Position numbers and translations under genes: made by a program. Below are positions 18,531-27,734 of a DNA stretch of 64,000 bases, piece by piece. The stretch lies in contig JBBIRS010000001.1 of assembly GCA_037441675.1 (NCBI GenBank), positions 224,001-288,000 on the forward strand, given 5' to 3'. Numbering within the stretch: the stretch's first letter is position 1; every line of letters starts with the position of its first letter. The notes under the pieces were generated by a model. That model ran no database searches, was not told the origin of the DNA, and saw nothing but the letters and a program-made list of their open reading frames with translations. Source of the stretch: Planctomycetales bacterium. GTDB lineage: Bacteria; 4484-113.

Positions 18531-21500
18531 ATGAAGTATTGGGCATTTAGAAGTTTGTACTTTACAGTGGCTATCCTGTGTGGAGTACTCGTACACACCA
18601 TTACCTCACTTGCTGCGACTACTTCTACTGTTACTTCAGTTGAAGTAAAGGCTCTTGTAGACCGTGACCTTGTAATCGTAAAGAGTGAAGGAGCTGAGAT
18701 TAAACCCCAAAGCGTCGTAAAGCTTTACCCAACCAGGATTGAGACCCTATTGCCTAACGTAAAACTCAAAGCGGTCAACCCACAGGTTAAGGGTACGACG
18801 CTTGTGAAAAATGTGCTAATCGCTGGAGATACTGACACAGCTGTTCTAGTGGTTTATTTAGACGTCAAGGGCAAGGTTGACAAGGATGCTTACAGATGGA
18901 CACATTTGAAGAGTGGAGTTTCAGTTCTTGAGGTTTTTTACCCGCTATCAGACCGTTCACCACTGACAAGCGCAATGCTAGATGGTAAAGAAACCCCGAA
19001 AGAGCCAGTAAAACCTATCGTTGAAACCCCTACCCAGCTACCACCTCAAGTACCACCTAGCGAAACACCACCTACCACTCTTATTGAACCTGCGCTACCG
19101 CAAGCAAAGAAATATATTGAGCTTGTTTATTTCTCAACCGTGGAGAAGAAGCTTACTATTAAGGGAACTGACTTAAGTGGTTATCAGCTTGAGGTTTCTA
19201 AGTTTCCTCCGCAAATCCAAATTACTTTTCCAGGCACCGACACTTCTCCCACCGTCTTGAAGGAAGTCATCAAGAATTTCGGTGCAATACGAGCAATTCT
19301 AGTTTCCTCAACGTCTATTGAAGGCGGCTTCAATACGCGCGTTACTCTGAATTTTGTTAACTCTTTGAATATAAAGTATGAAGAGAATCTTTCAGCGGAT
19401 AATACAACATTAGTCATTTCACTTCCCTTGGCGGACAAAGTTCTCGTTCCAGAGAGCGCTCAAAAGCCTGAGGAAGTCAAACCTTTAGCTTCTGCTGAGC
19501 CAACCGCCGAGAATGGATCAGTTCGCCCTGAGGAGCCAACAGTGGCGGAGGGGCAAGCGGCGGAGGAGAAGCCAGTGGAAGAGGAAAAGGCGGAAGAGCC
19601 AGCGCCAGTTCCTCCGCTTGAAGTAAAACCGAAAAAGTCCTTCAAGGTTCCTCCTGTTGAAAAAAAGGTTGAAGAGGAAAGAGAGGCGGTGGCTCAACAA
19701 GAGCCAACCCTATCCGCTTCTCTTCAACCAACTGAGGAGGGTATGATTAGCTATATAAACTACGATCCATCTACCCTCACTCTCACCATAACAACCACTA
19801 AAGAGGCAACACTCAATATCGTTCCTGTTACATTTCCACGTGGCTATAACATCTTTGTAGACCTTCCACCCTCTCCCAGTGTCTTGGACTACATCTTCAA
19901 GAATGATGCAAATATCCGTTACCTCAGTGTTGCAAAAGTTCTTGAAGATGAATCCGCATTCACTAGGATTATCATCACATTCGCAAATGATTCGCAACTC
20001 GGCTTTCAGGACACATCCACGCAGGTTGGCACAAATTTTGTGTTAAGGCTTGCTGAGGTTCCACCTCAAGCGCCTAAACCAAAGTTTTCGTCGGGAAGAT
20101 TTGGCTCTGAAATGTCATCGGAAGATGAGGGTCAAGGTATATCAGAAACTACTTCTGTAAGAGAATCTGAAGAAATTCCAGGAGTTGATGATGTATTCGC
20201 TGAAGAGGTGGAAACCGACAAAGAATACCCGAGAGTGCCGGTGAAAGTGGGTCCTGCTGAGGGAGAGTACGAACTTCCCGAATTTCCCGGGATGGAAGAG
20301 AGGCTTTCCGATGTGCTGGTTAACCTGCCTGCGCCCTCTGGACTTTCCGTCTACCAGGTGCTTTACCTGATGTCCAGCTTGGCTGGTATTTCAATCATTA
20401 TAGATCCATATATCACTGACCCACCCATCGGAGGAAGAACACAAAGACGGGTGTTAGATCCGCTTCAGTTTGAAGAGGATGGTGCTCCAATTGGCTTTAG
20501 GGAGGCTTCTCAGTTTTATGCCCTCATCACCGAGCCGGGAACGGTCAGAGGCAATTTTGAAAATGTTCCTTGGGATACCGCTCTAGACATTATTCTTGAG
20601 GTTCACCAATTTGAAAAGATTGTATACCGCGATCCCAATGACCCCAACGCGAAGCCGGTAATTCTAATCACGAGTAGAGAGAGGAAGGAGCAAGAAATTA
20701 AGGGTGCTAATGTCATAGATTTCTATCAGCTTCACTATGCTGATCCCGCGGAACTTTACCTTATTCTCTACAATCTAGACTTACTCCCATCCATTAACGT
20801 CGGTTGGTATGTATATACCAACAGATCTACACGTGGCGGATTTGGCGGAGGCTTTGGTGGTGGAGGCTTTGGTGGTGGCATCGGCGGAGGCTTTGGTGGT
20901 GGAGGCTTTGGTGGTGGGGGATTTGGCGGAGGTGGTTTCAGTGCTAATATCCCACCCACTTCAACTGTTAGCCAAGGTTATCTTGATGCCAACTCCGCTC
21001 TTGCTGGAAGTTACTTTGGAGATGCTCCATTACAGGGTGCTGGACCTGGTTTCGGTGCTGGTGGTGGAGCAGGTGGTGTAGGCGGAGCAGGCGCCGGTGG
21101 ATTTGGTGGAGTAGGTGGTGCTGGTGCTGGAGGTGCTGGAATTGGGTTCATTCCACTTCCCACAGCAAAAAGTGGGTTAATAGTGATGCGAGGTTCTCGT
21201 GAAACTCTGGATGTCGTGAAATCCATTATTCGTAAAATTGACAAGCCACCAAAGCAGGCTGCAGTGAAACTAACTGTTTATCAGGTTACTGAAAATCCAC
21301 AGAAAGTATACGGTCTTGTGCGTGCAGCAGCACCAAGTGGAAGAACTAACATTACCTACGACCAAGGTGGGTTAGACCTCTCCTTTGTTACCAGGCCAGA
21401 GCAAGGCGGATTACCCGCCGGTTTCCGTTCATTCCGCGTTCCTCACAATATCGGTGCTGTATTTGACGCTCTCGCTGCTGACCGTAAGGCAAAGGTTGTT

Positions 21501-21989
21501 ACAGAAACCGAACTAGCGGTTATTGATGGATTTCCTGCTGTGCTTTCAGTTGACAGGACGCGTGGTAACTTCCGTCAAAGCATCGCCTTTGATCAGAATG
21601 GCAATGCAATTAGGACATCAACCTTTGACGAAATCACCGTTGGAACGAATATTACTTTCACGCCAAATATTGATGACTGGGGTAGAATGACCCTCTTCCT
21701 CGTGATTAGTCTCAGCAGTTTTGATGGTCCACCGCAAGTTTCACCTGATGGTCTTGCGACTTTTCAACCTACGACAGATACGAACCTTCAGACCTTCTTT
21801 AGACTTATGGACGGTGAGACCGCTATGATAGGCGGTCTCCAGACTCGTCAGGTAACGGACGAAATATTCGCAGTTCCATTCCTTTCAGAACTTCCATTCG
21901 TAGGTTCACTATTCCAGCATCACTCAAAGAGCGAGGAGAATAGTTACGTCTTTGTAACGCTGACGGTAAATCTAGTTGACGATAAATAA
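18531..21989 (+). CDS. pilQ: Secretin (PilQ/GspD family) with N-terminal AMIN-like repeats and Gly/Phe-rich insert in N3
   Basis: Signal peptide; ENVPWDTALDIIL (N0); QLHYADPAEL...LIVMRGSRETLDVVKSIIRKIDKPPKQ (N3); DGETAMIGGL, VPFLSELPFVGSLF secretin signature. Confidence 0.92.
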   Translation: MKYWAFRSLYFTVAILCGVLVHTITSLAATTSTVTSVEVKALVDRDLVIVKSEGAEIKPQSVVKLYPTRIETLLPNVKLKAVNPQVKGTTLVKNVLIAGDTDTAVLVVYLDVKGKVDKDAYRWTHLKSGVSVLEVFYPLSDRSPLTSAMLDGKETPKEPVKPIVETPTQLPPQVPPSETPPTTLIEPALPQAKKYIELVYFSTVEKKLTIKGTDLSGYQLEVSKFPPQIQITFPGTDTSPTVLKEVIKNFGAIRAILVSSTSIEGGFNTRVTLNFVNSLNIKYEENLSADNTTLVISLPLADKVLVPESAQKPEEVKPLASAEPTAENGSVRPEEPTVAEGQAAEEKPVEEEKAEEPAPVPPLEVKPKKSFKVPPVEKKVEEEREAVAQQEPTLSASLQPTEEGMISYINYDPSTLTLTITTTKEATLNIVPVTFPRGYNIFVDLPPSPSVLDYIFKNDANIRYLSVAKVLEDESAFTRIIITFANDSQLGFQDTSTQVGTNFVLRLAEVPPQAPKPKFSSGRFGSEMSSEDEGQGISETTSVRESEEIPGVDDVFAEEVETDKEYPRVPVKVGPAEGEYELPEFPGMEERLSDVLVNLPAPSGLSVYQVLYLMSSLAGISIIIDPYITDPPIGGRTQRRVLDPLQFEEDGAPIGFREASQFYALITEPGTVRGNFENVPWDTALDIILEVHQFEKIVYRDPNDPNAKPVILITSRERKEQEIKGANVIDFYQLHYADPAELYLILYNLDLLPSINVGWYVYTNRSTRGGFGGGFGGGGFGGGIGGGFGGGGFGGGGFGGGGFSANIPPTSTVSQGYLDANSALAGSYFGDAPLQGAGPGFGAGGGAGGVGGAGAGGFGGVGGAGAGGAGIGFIPLPTAKSGLIVMRGSRETLDVVKSIIRKIDKPPKQAAVKLTVYQVTENPQKVYGLVRAAAPSGRTNITYDQGGLDLSFVTRPEQGGLPAGFRSFRVPHNIGAVFDALAADRKAKVVTETELAVIDGFPAVLSVDRTRGNFRQSIAFDQNGNAIRTSTFDEITVGTNITFTPNIDDWGRMTLFLVISLSSFDGPPQVSPDGLATFQPTTDTNLQTFFRLMDGETAMIGGLQTRQVTDEIFAVPFLSELPFVGSLFQHHSKSEENSYVFVTLTVNLVDDK
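20835..21148 (+). repeat. Coding low-complexity (GGGF)n / GA-rich tract in the secretin, incl. a 35-nt direct repeat with 39-nt period
   Basis: ggcggaggctttggtggtggaggctttggtggtgg at 20844 and 20883; translates RGGFGGGFGGGGFGGGIGGGFGGGGFGGGGFGGGGFS, then GAGGGAGGVGGAGAGGFGG. Confidence 0.9.
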
Positions 21990-22185
21990 GGTTGATTCCT
22001 TTGTTAAGTTAAACGTCAAATAGCGCGATAGAAAAAGAGGTTTTCGCAAGAGTCAATCGGGACTTGTTTGGCTCTTCATTTAGGTTTTTAGGAACAAATA
22101 TTTCACTTGAAGAGTCTAACAAATGATTGTAAAATCATTCTGAAGGGTGACAGTCAAGGTAAAATTATAAGGCGGGAGACAACCT

Positions 22186-24144
22186 ATGCCAGCAAAAGGA
22201 ACAAGAAAGAAAACCGACATTGCGATTGATCTAACGAGCAATGAGATGAGAATAGTTGCGTTAAGCAAGAAGGGAAACGACTACTTACTTGAGCGTTTCG
22301 TTGTTAGCGAGGTTAATCCGCAATTTTTTGCCGCTGGTCGTGTAGCAGATCCCAAAGGGCTGGGTGAGCGGATTAAGGAAATTCTTCAGGCGAATGGAAT
22401 TTCCGCCAAGCGTGCGATTATATCCCTTTCCGGGAAGGCTGCGATTACTAGAATCGTTGAATTACCAAGGATGGGTGCGGCGCAAACTCGCCAAGCAATT
22501 AGCTTGCAAATAAATCAGTACGTTCCATTTCCGGTTGGTGACACAGTTTACGATTATCGTGTTTTGCCCCATCGTAAAGGAGCTGGCACTGCCATGCAGG
22601 AGATTCTGCTAGTTGCCACCCGTGCCTCCACTGTTCAATCCCTGGTAAGCACAATGGAATATGCAGGCTTAGAGCCTTTTGCGGTAAAGATAACTTCTTT
22701 GGCAGCATGGAATTTAATTTCTTCGAAGCTAGAGGGTTATACGCAATCAATCGGCGTAGTAGATGTGAGGGATACAATTTCAGAACTTTCCTTCTTTGTT
22801 GGTGGAACTTTCCGTATGGCACGTTCTGTGGAGCTTGGGTTCAACACAATCGTTTCTAAGATTGCCCAACTGCTAGGAGTATCAGTTGCAGAAGCGGAAG
22901 AGTATCTGAAATCAGAACCTGTTGACCTAATGCTTCCTGAGGAGGAGATTGACCCCACTGAGGATAATCGACTGCGTGAGGCTGTGATGAGCGTGTTTGC
23001 CAGTTTTGTTACAGAACTTATCCGCTCCATAAGGTACTATGAATCTCAAGCTTCCCGAGCGGAGAGGGTGGGCAAACTGCTAGTCTTTGGAAACATCCGT
23101 TATTTCAAAAATTTGGCGCCATACTTAGAACGTGAAACAGGACTAGAAGTATCAGAAGTTGCCTTATCAAGCCTGGTGCAGTACGTTGCAGGAGCTTATC
23201 CACTAGATTTGGTTCAAGATGCTTCACCGAAACTCCTCGTCTCTGCTGGTTTGGCTGTGGAGTTCTTCAAGAAGGGAAAGGTTGAATTTAACTTGCTCCC
23301 CACAAGTTATTATGTGAAGGCTTGGGCATGGAACACCGCAAAAGTTGGAGTTTTGGTTGTAGCGATAATTGGCGTAATGATGTATATGGACTATCAGAAC
23401 CTTATGAAAGCAAAAGCAACCGCCGAGAAAGAGCTTCAAGAAGTGACAGCTGAAGCTAACCGTTGGCAACCGCAGGCAACCGAGTTTGACCGTGTCAAAC
23501 AAGAAGTGAGTAGTAAAGTTCCAAAGTTTAAGTGGGTATACAACCTAATTAAGGAACAGAGAATGTGGGCGCCTATAATGGTGGAGCTAGGTAGTATGAC
23601 ACCGGATGGCGTTATTGTAACTGAAGCTGATTTTGAAGCTTCTGGCAACGAGATAAAGCTAAAGGGTTGGGCGATAAATCGTGCGGAGCTAATGTTATAC
23701 GCGATTATGCTTGATAGGTCACCATATTTTACGCAAACCACCGTTGAGGAAAACGTCCAAGATTTGACGCCAGGCGGTGGTGGTGGACGTGGTCCAGGAG
23801 GTGGTGGTGGAGCAACTGGGGTCAGTGCAACGATGGGTGATACTGCCCCGGGCAGATTTTCATCCTCTTTACCATCGCTTACTGGTCGTGCTGGAATTTT
23901 AGGGGGTATGACAGCTGGAATTGAAAGTACCAGGCAGCCTCTTCAATTTGAGCTTCCACGTTTAGGACTAATCTCAGGTCTCTCTATTGAGGAGTATTTT
24001 GGCCGTGAAGAGGCTCAGCAACAGATGCTAAAGTTTGAATTTGACATAACTACGCATTTACAAGACACCGCTCTTATCCAGCCAGAAGCCATTAAAGAGC
24101 TAAGCGCGTTGGAGGAGGTGACCAAAGATGTCCTCAGTACGTAG
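22186..24144 (+). CDS. pilM: PilM-PilN fusion (actin-like domain + NLLP motif + TM + periplasmic domain)
   Basis: PilM signatures (AITRIVELP, QYVPFP...YDY, EILLVAT, ELIRSIRYY); PilN motif FNLLP at 23287-23301, then TM helix, coiled coil, TPDGVIV...IKLKGWA...LDRSPYF. Confidence 0.88.
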   Translation: MPAKGTRKKTDIAIDLTSNEMRIVALSKKGNDYLLERFVVSEVNPQFFAAGRVADPKGLGERIKEILQANGISAKRAIISLSGKAAITRIVELPRMGAAQTRQAISLQINQYVPFPVGDTVYDYRVLPHRKGAGTAMQEILLVATRASTVQSLVSTMEYAGLEPFAVKITSLAAWNLISSKLEGYTQSIGVVDVRDTISELSFFVGGTFRMARSVELGFNTIVSKIAQLLGVSVAEAEEYLKSEPVDLMLPEEEIDPTEDNRLREAVMSVFASFVTELIRSIRYYESQASRAERVGKLLVFGNIRYFKNLAPYLERETGLEVSEVALSSLVQYVAGAYPLDLVQDASPKLLVSAGLAVEFFKKGKVEFNLLPTSYYVKAWAWNTAKVGVLVVAIIGVMMYMDYQNLMKAKATAEKELQEVTAEANRWQPQATEFDRVKQEVSSKVPKFKWVYNLIKEQRMWAPIMVELGSMTPDGVIVTEADFEASGNEIKLKGWAINRAELMLYAIMLDRSPYFTQTTVEENVQDLTPGGGGGRGPGGGGGATGVSATMGDTAPGRFSSSLPSLTGRAGILGGMTAGIESTRQPLQFELPRLGLISGLSIEEYFGREEAQQQMLKFEFDITTHLQDTALIQPEAIKELSALEEVTKDVLST

Positions 24145-24937
24145 AGGCGCTTCCCCAAAAGCAAGACCCGGTCCAGGTGAACGTCCTCCAAGAAAGCCGA
24201 TTTTCACGCCTGTAAATGTTGGTATTTTCTTTGCAGGGATAGTAATCGTAGGAGTTGGAATATACATTCCAATGGTGCATCGTGCAACCACCGCTGAAAT
24301 TGCAAACATTAAGAACGAGATAGAAAAGCAGAAGCAGCAAGCAGAAATATTCCGCAAAAAGGCTCAAATGCTTCCCAAAGCGGAAGAGCTGGATAAAGTA
24401 ATGGCATCAAAGATTAAAGATGAACAGAAGTACTTTCTCCACACTCAACGTGAAATCATTCCATTCTTAAACGATTGGCTCGCTGATTTATTTAATCGCT
24501 ATGGTTGGCCAGAAAAATTGGAGATTGATCCAAAGCTTTCCTTTAAGATTAGCTGGTTGATGGAACCTTACGAAACCGTCGCCGACCCGAGCATTCAAAG
24601 GTTACTGGATTTGTTTGAATGGGAGTACATCGGTGAAGGAAGTGGAAGTGGAGAGGTAACAGAGACATTGCCCAATTTTCTAGAGCCAATTACCTTCAAG
24701 GCTATTGGCATTAGGATGAGGTATGAAGATCTGCGCGATATGATTCGCGACCTTCAGACAAACAAAACTTATCATGTAACTGTTCACGCATTCAAGAATA
24801 GTGAGAGCGACAACGAGTATTTGCTGGTGCGAACTAGGAGCAAGTATGATTTGCTGTTCACCGTTTACTTTATGAATCCAGAGGGTATGGTATCAGGCGA
24901 GAAACCGCCGGGAATGCCTGATGACAAAAAGCTCTAA
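24128..24937 (+). CDS. PilO/GspM-like inner-membrane assembly protein
   Basis: Single N-terminal TM, coiled coil, MRYEDLRDMIRDL ferredoxin-like helix; overlaps pilMN stop. Confidence 0.7.
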   Translation: MSSVRRGASPKARPGPGERPPRKPIFTPVNVGIFFAGIVIVGVGIYIPMVHRATTAEIANIKNEIEKQKQQAEIFRKKAQMLPKAEELDKVMASKIKDEQKYFLHTQREIIPFLNDWLADLFNRYGWPEKLEIDPKLSFKISWLMEPYETVADPSIQRLLDLFEWEYIGEGSGSGEVTETLPNFLEPITFKAIGIRMRYEDLRDMIRDLQTNKTYHVTVHAFKNSESDNEYLLVRTRSKYDLLFTVYFMNPEGMVSGEKPPGMPDDKKL

Positions 24938-24979
24938 CTTAGAGGATTAAAAGGGTATAATAAAAACAGGGAGAATAAA

Positions 24980-25888
24980 ATGAAAGGTCAAGCTATAAAT
25001 AGAAACCTATTGATATTTCTTTTAGTCGTAGTCGGTGCAGGTGTGTTGAACTACGTATTTTTTGGTGGGTTGGCGATGTTGAGGCAGGGAGATATTCCCA
25101 CTCCGCCCTCTCAGGCAACAGTTCAACCATCCGCACCAGCGTCAACGACTCAGCCCGCCCCCACATCTCAAGGGGCAGCTCTGCCTTCCGTAGTCGGTGG
25201 CGAGGCAACTCCATCAACTAGTGCGCCTCCTTCTGCGCAGACTGGTGCTCCAGAATCTGCTGGCAAGACAAAAGCGGAGCCAGCAAAGCCCCTTACTGAA
25301 GAGCAGAAGCTTAAAGGGCTTGAAGACTTTGAAAAGATTGATTCTCGAGAAATTCTTCGGAAGAGATTGGATGAGGCCACTGAAAGCCTGAGTAAGGTTG
25401 ACCCCGAAGAAGGCTTGCCATATCCTGGTGTTGGAAGAGTTGATCCTCTAACTTACGTATATGACGCAATCCCTGAAGAACTTAGACCTCCCCGTTCAGG
25501 TGAAACCAATGAGGATGAAATCCTGTCTCTATTAATGGCGCAGGGTTCCACTGAAATAATTGATAGTTTCTACCTTGACGTTTACTCCGTGATGAAAATT
25601 GGAATGGATACCTACGTTAGCTTCGCTGTTTTATCTCCATTTCAAGCTCGTCTCAGTTGGCCAGTAGGCGCCAGTAACACTTGGCGCACATGGATGTCTG
25701 CGGATAAGTATAGTTGGCTTGCGTATATAACACTTGAACTTACTTCGGCGACTCAAGACCTCGTTACCTTTGCTGTAACGGTTGAAACTGACAAGGAGAC
25801 TATTACTCGTGTAAAACATTACGTTCCAGGCCGTCCAAGCAGTGGAGGTAGAAGCACAGGCGTAGGTGGTGGCGGTGGTGGCTACTAA
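24980..25888 (+). CDS. PilP/GspC-position membrane-anchored protein
   Basis: N-terminal TM, P/S/T/A linker, YPGVGRVDPL resembling PilP RDPF motif; gene order after pilO-like. Confidence 0.55.
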   Translation: MKGQAINRNLLIFLLVVVGAGVLNYVFFGGLAMLRQGDIPTPPSQATVQPSAPASTTQPAPTSQGAALPSVVGGEATPSTSAPPSAQTGAPESAGKTKAEPAKPLTEEQKLKGLEDFEKIDSREILRKRLDEATESLSKVDPEEGLPYPGVGRVDPLTYVYDAIPEELRPPRSGETNEDEILSLLMAQGSTEIIDSFYLDVYSVMKIGMDTYVSFAVLSPFQARLSWPVGASNTWRTWMSADKYSWLAYITLELTSATQDLVTFAVTVETDKETITRVKHYVPGRPSSGGRSTGVGGGGGGY

Positions 25889-26114
25889 GTAGTGCTCATT
25901 AACCTAAACTTAAAGAGCAGCCCATCAAATTTCAACGCCTAAATCTTTTCACAAAGCTGAGGTTCATTAAGCTTACCTGCTAGCCCCCATATTGTTTCTA
26001 AATCTTCAACTATTCCTAGCATTCCATTAAGCTCTTCCATTCAATATATTTATTTTCTATGGTAAAATTCTATTGATTGCGTTTTCCGCAAGTGTTCTTC
26101 TATCCTATGCCTAA

Positions 26115-27728
26115 ATGGATGCGTTAGTACAAATTCTCAGCACCATCTGGGGAAGATTCGTTTACATCGCGACTCAACCACTGCAGGATTTTAGTCAATG
26201 GGCTTTTCAGCATCCCGCATACTATCTTCTCTTCCCGGAATTTTTTCTTGCCTTAGCTATACTTGGCATTGTTGTCGTTTGGGTATTTTCTAGAGGCGAA
26301 AATCTAAATGTAGTTTTATGGCTAGGGATTATTGGTAGCGCATCCAACTTCGCAATGACCATCCATCTGATGTTCAACACCAGTCGATACTTCAACTATG
26401 GACTTGGGACCTTCTGGGGAGGGCTTGAGACAATAGACCCGTTTGCGCTCTTCTTCAAACAGCTGATGGACTGGGGCGACATTATGCTCTTCCTCGTGCT
26501 GATGGGTTATGGGCTAATGAAGAAGTATCGTGTTGAATTTATTCTCTTCACGCTGATGGCAACCGTCGCCTTTGACCTAATGGTAGGCTCTTCTGACCTT
26601 TTAGCGATTTATGTAATGACCGAGTTTGCCTCAATTCTTCTCTACGTAATGGCAGCCTGGTACAAAGACGACCTTCGCTCTCTTGAGGCAGGGCTAAAAC
26701 TTTTCATCACTGGCGTTGTCTCTTCCGCCGCGCTTCTATTTGGTATCGCCATAATTTACGGGCTTACCGGCTCAACCAATCTTTATGACTTAAAGCTATT
26801 TCTTGAGTTAGGAGTTAGGACATATCATCCGATGGTAGTCTTAGCATTTGTGATGATAGTTGTTGGCATAGGCTACAAAGTAGGAGTAGCACCATTCCAT
26901 TTATGGATTCCTGATACCTATGAGGGCGCCCCTACACCAGTTACCGCCTTTCTCTCCGTTTATCCCAAAATCGCAGGTTTTGCAGTCTTTATAAGATTAT
27001 TTCTTCTCGGTTTCATTCCCGTGAAAGAAGCTTGGGTTCCACTCGTGGCTACAATTGCGATAATTACCCTTTTCCTCGGAAACATAATGGCTTTACGACA
27101 AACCTCTTTCAAGCGACTTATGGCTTACTCCGGGATTGCTCAAATGGGATACGTCCTTCTTGGAATAATCGGGGCAACCTACGCTTTTGAACCCACATCT
27201 AACATCGCATTCTATGCAACCCTCTATTACTTAATGTTTTACTTCTTCGCGAATCTAGGAGCGTTTTTAATAGCAATGCTAAATGAGATTTCAGGCGGTA
27301 GTGATGAGCTTGTCTCCTACAATGGTTTTTGGAAGCGTTCACCGGCTCTCTCCGCTTTTATGACAATTTTCTTGCTCGCCCTAACTGGAATTCCTCCAAC
27401 AGTTGGCTTCATAGGAAAGTTTCTGATATTCTTAAGTCTATTTATGTTCTTTTCGCCAGCAGACCCACTTCCTTTAATCTTGATAATTGTTGGTGTAATA
27501 AACGCGGTGATAGCGGCATTTTATTATCTTGGGATAGTAAGACGGATCTATCTAGAAGTTCCATCAACGGAACAACAGGGAACAACCTTCGTTCCATTTC
27601 TCTTTCAGAGGCTTGCGGTTGCTTTTCCAGCGCTTGCGGTTCTAATGTTAGGCTTTATTTTCGTTCAGGGTCCTTATGAGTACGTTCGTGGTGCCTGGTT
27701 TTTAACTTATTGGATAACTCTCGCATAA
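26115..27728 (+). CDS. nuoN: NADH-quinone oxidoreductase subunit N (antiporter-like)
   Basis: SLEAGLKLF, GYKVGVAPFHLWIPDTYEGAPTPVTAFLS, KRLMAYSGIAQMGY, LTGIPPTVGFIGKF, AFYYLGIV. Confidence 0.93.
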   Translation: MDALVQILSTIWGRFVYIATQPLQDFSQWAFQHPAYYLLFPEFFLALAILGIVVVWVFSRGENLNVVLWLGIIGSASNFAMTIHLMFNTSRYFNYGLGTFWGGLETIDPFALFFKQLMDWGDIMLFLVLMGYGLMKKYRVEFILFTLMATVAFDLMVGSSDLLAIYVMTEFASILLYVMAAWYKDDLRSLEAGLKLFITGVVSSAALLFGIAIIYGLTGSTNLYDLKLFLELGVRTYHPMVVLAFVMIVVGIGYKVGVAPFHLWIPDTYEGAPTPVTAFLSVYPKIAGFAVFIRLFLLGFIPVKEAWVPLVATIAIITLFLGNIMALRQTSFKRLMAYSGIAQMGYVLLGIIGATYAFEPTSNIAFYATLYYLMFYFFANLGAFLIAMLNEISGGSDELVSYNGFWKRSPALSAFMTIFLLALTGIPPTVGFIGKFLIFLSLFMFFSPADPLPLILIIVGVINAVIAAFYYLGIVRRIYLEVPSTEQQGTTFVPFLFQRLAVAFPALAVLMLGFIFVQGPYEYVRGAWFLTYWITLA

Positions 27729-27734
27729 TTTGGC

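Noticed and set aside
20768..21244. Pro-rich minus-strand ORFs; possible CRISPR-like repeat
   Set aside because: Antisense shadows of Gly codons in the secretin; repeats have no unique spacers
2098..25888. Mobile island carrying the pilus locus
   Set aside because: No integrase, transposase, att repeat or tRNA boundary is visible, and partner genes (pilC, related pilin) sit elsewhere among core genes
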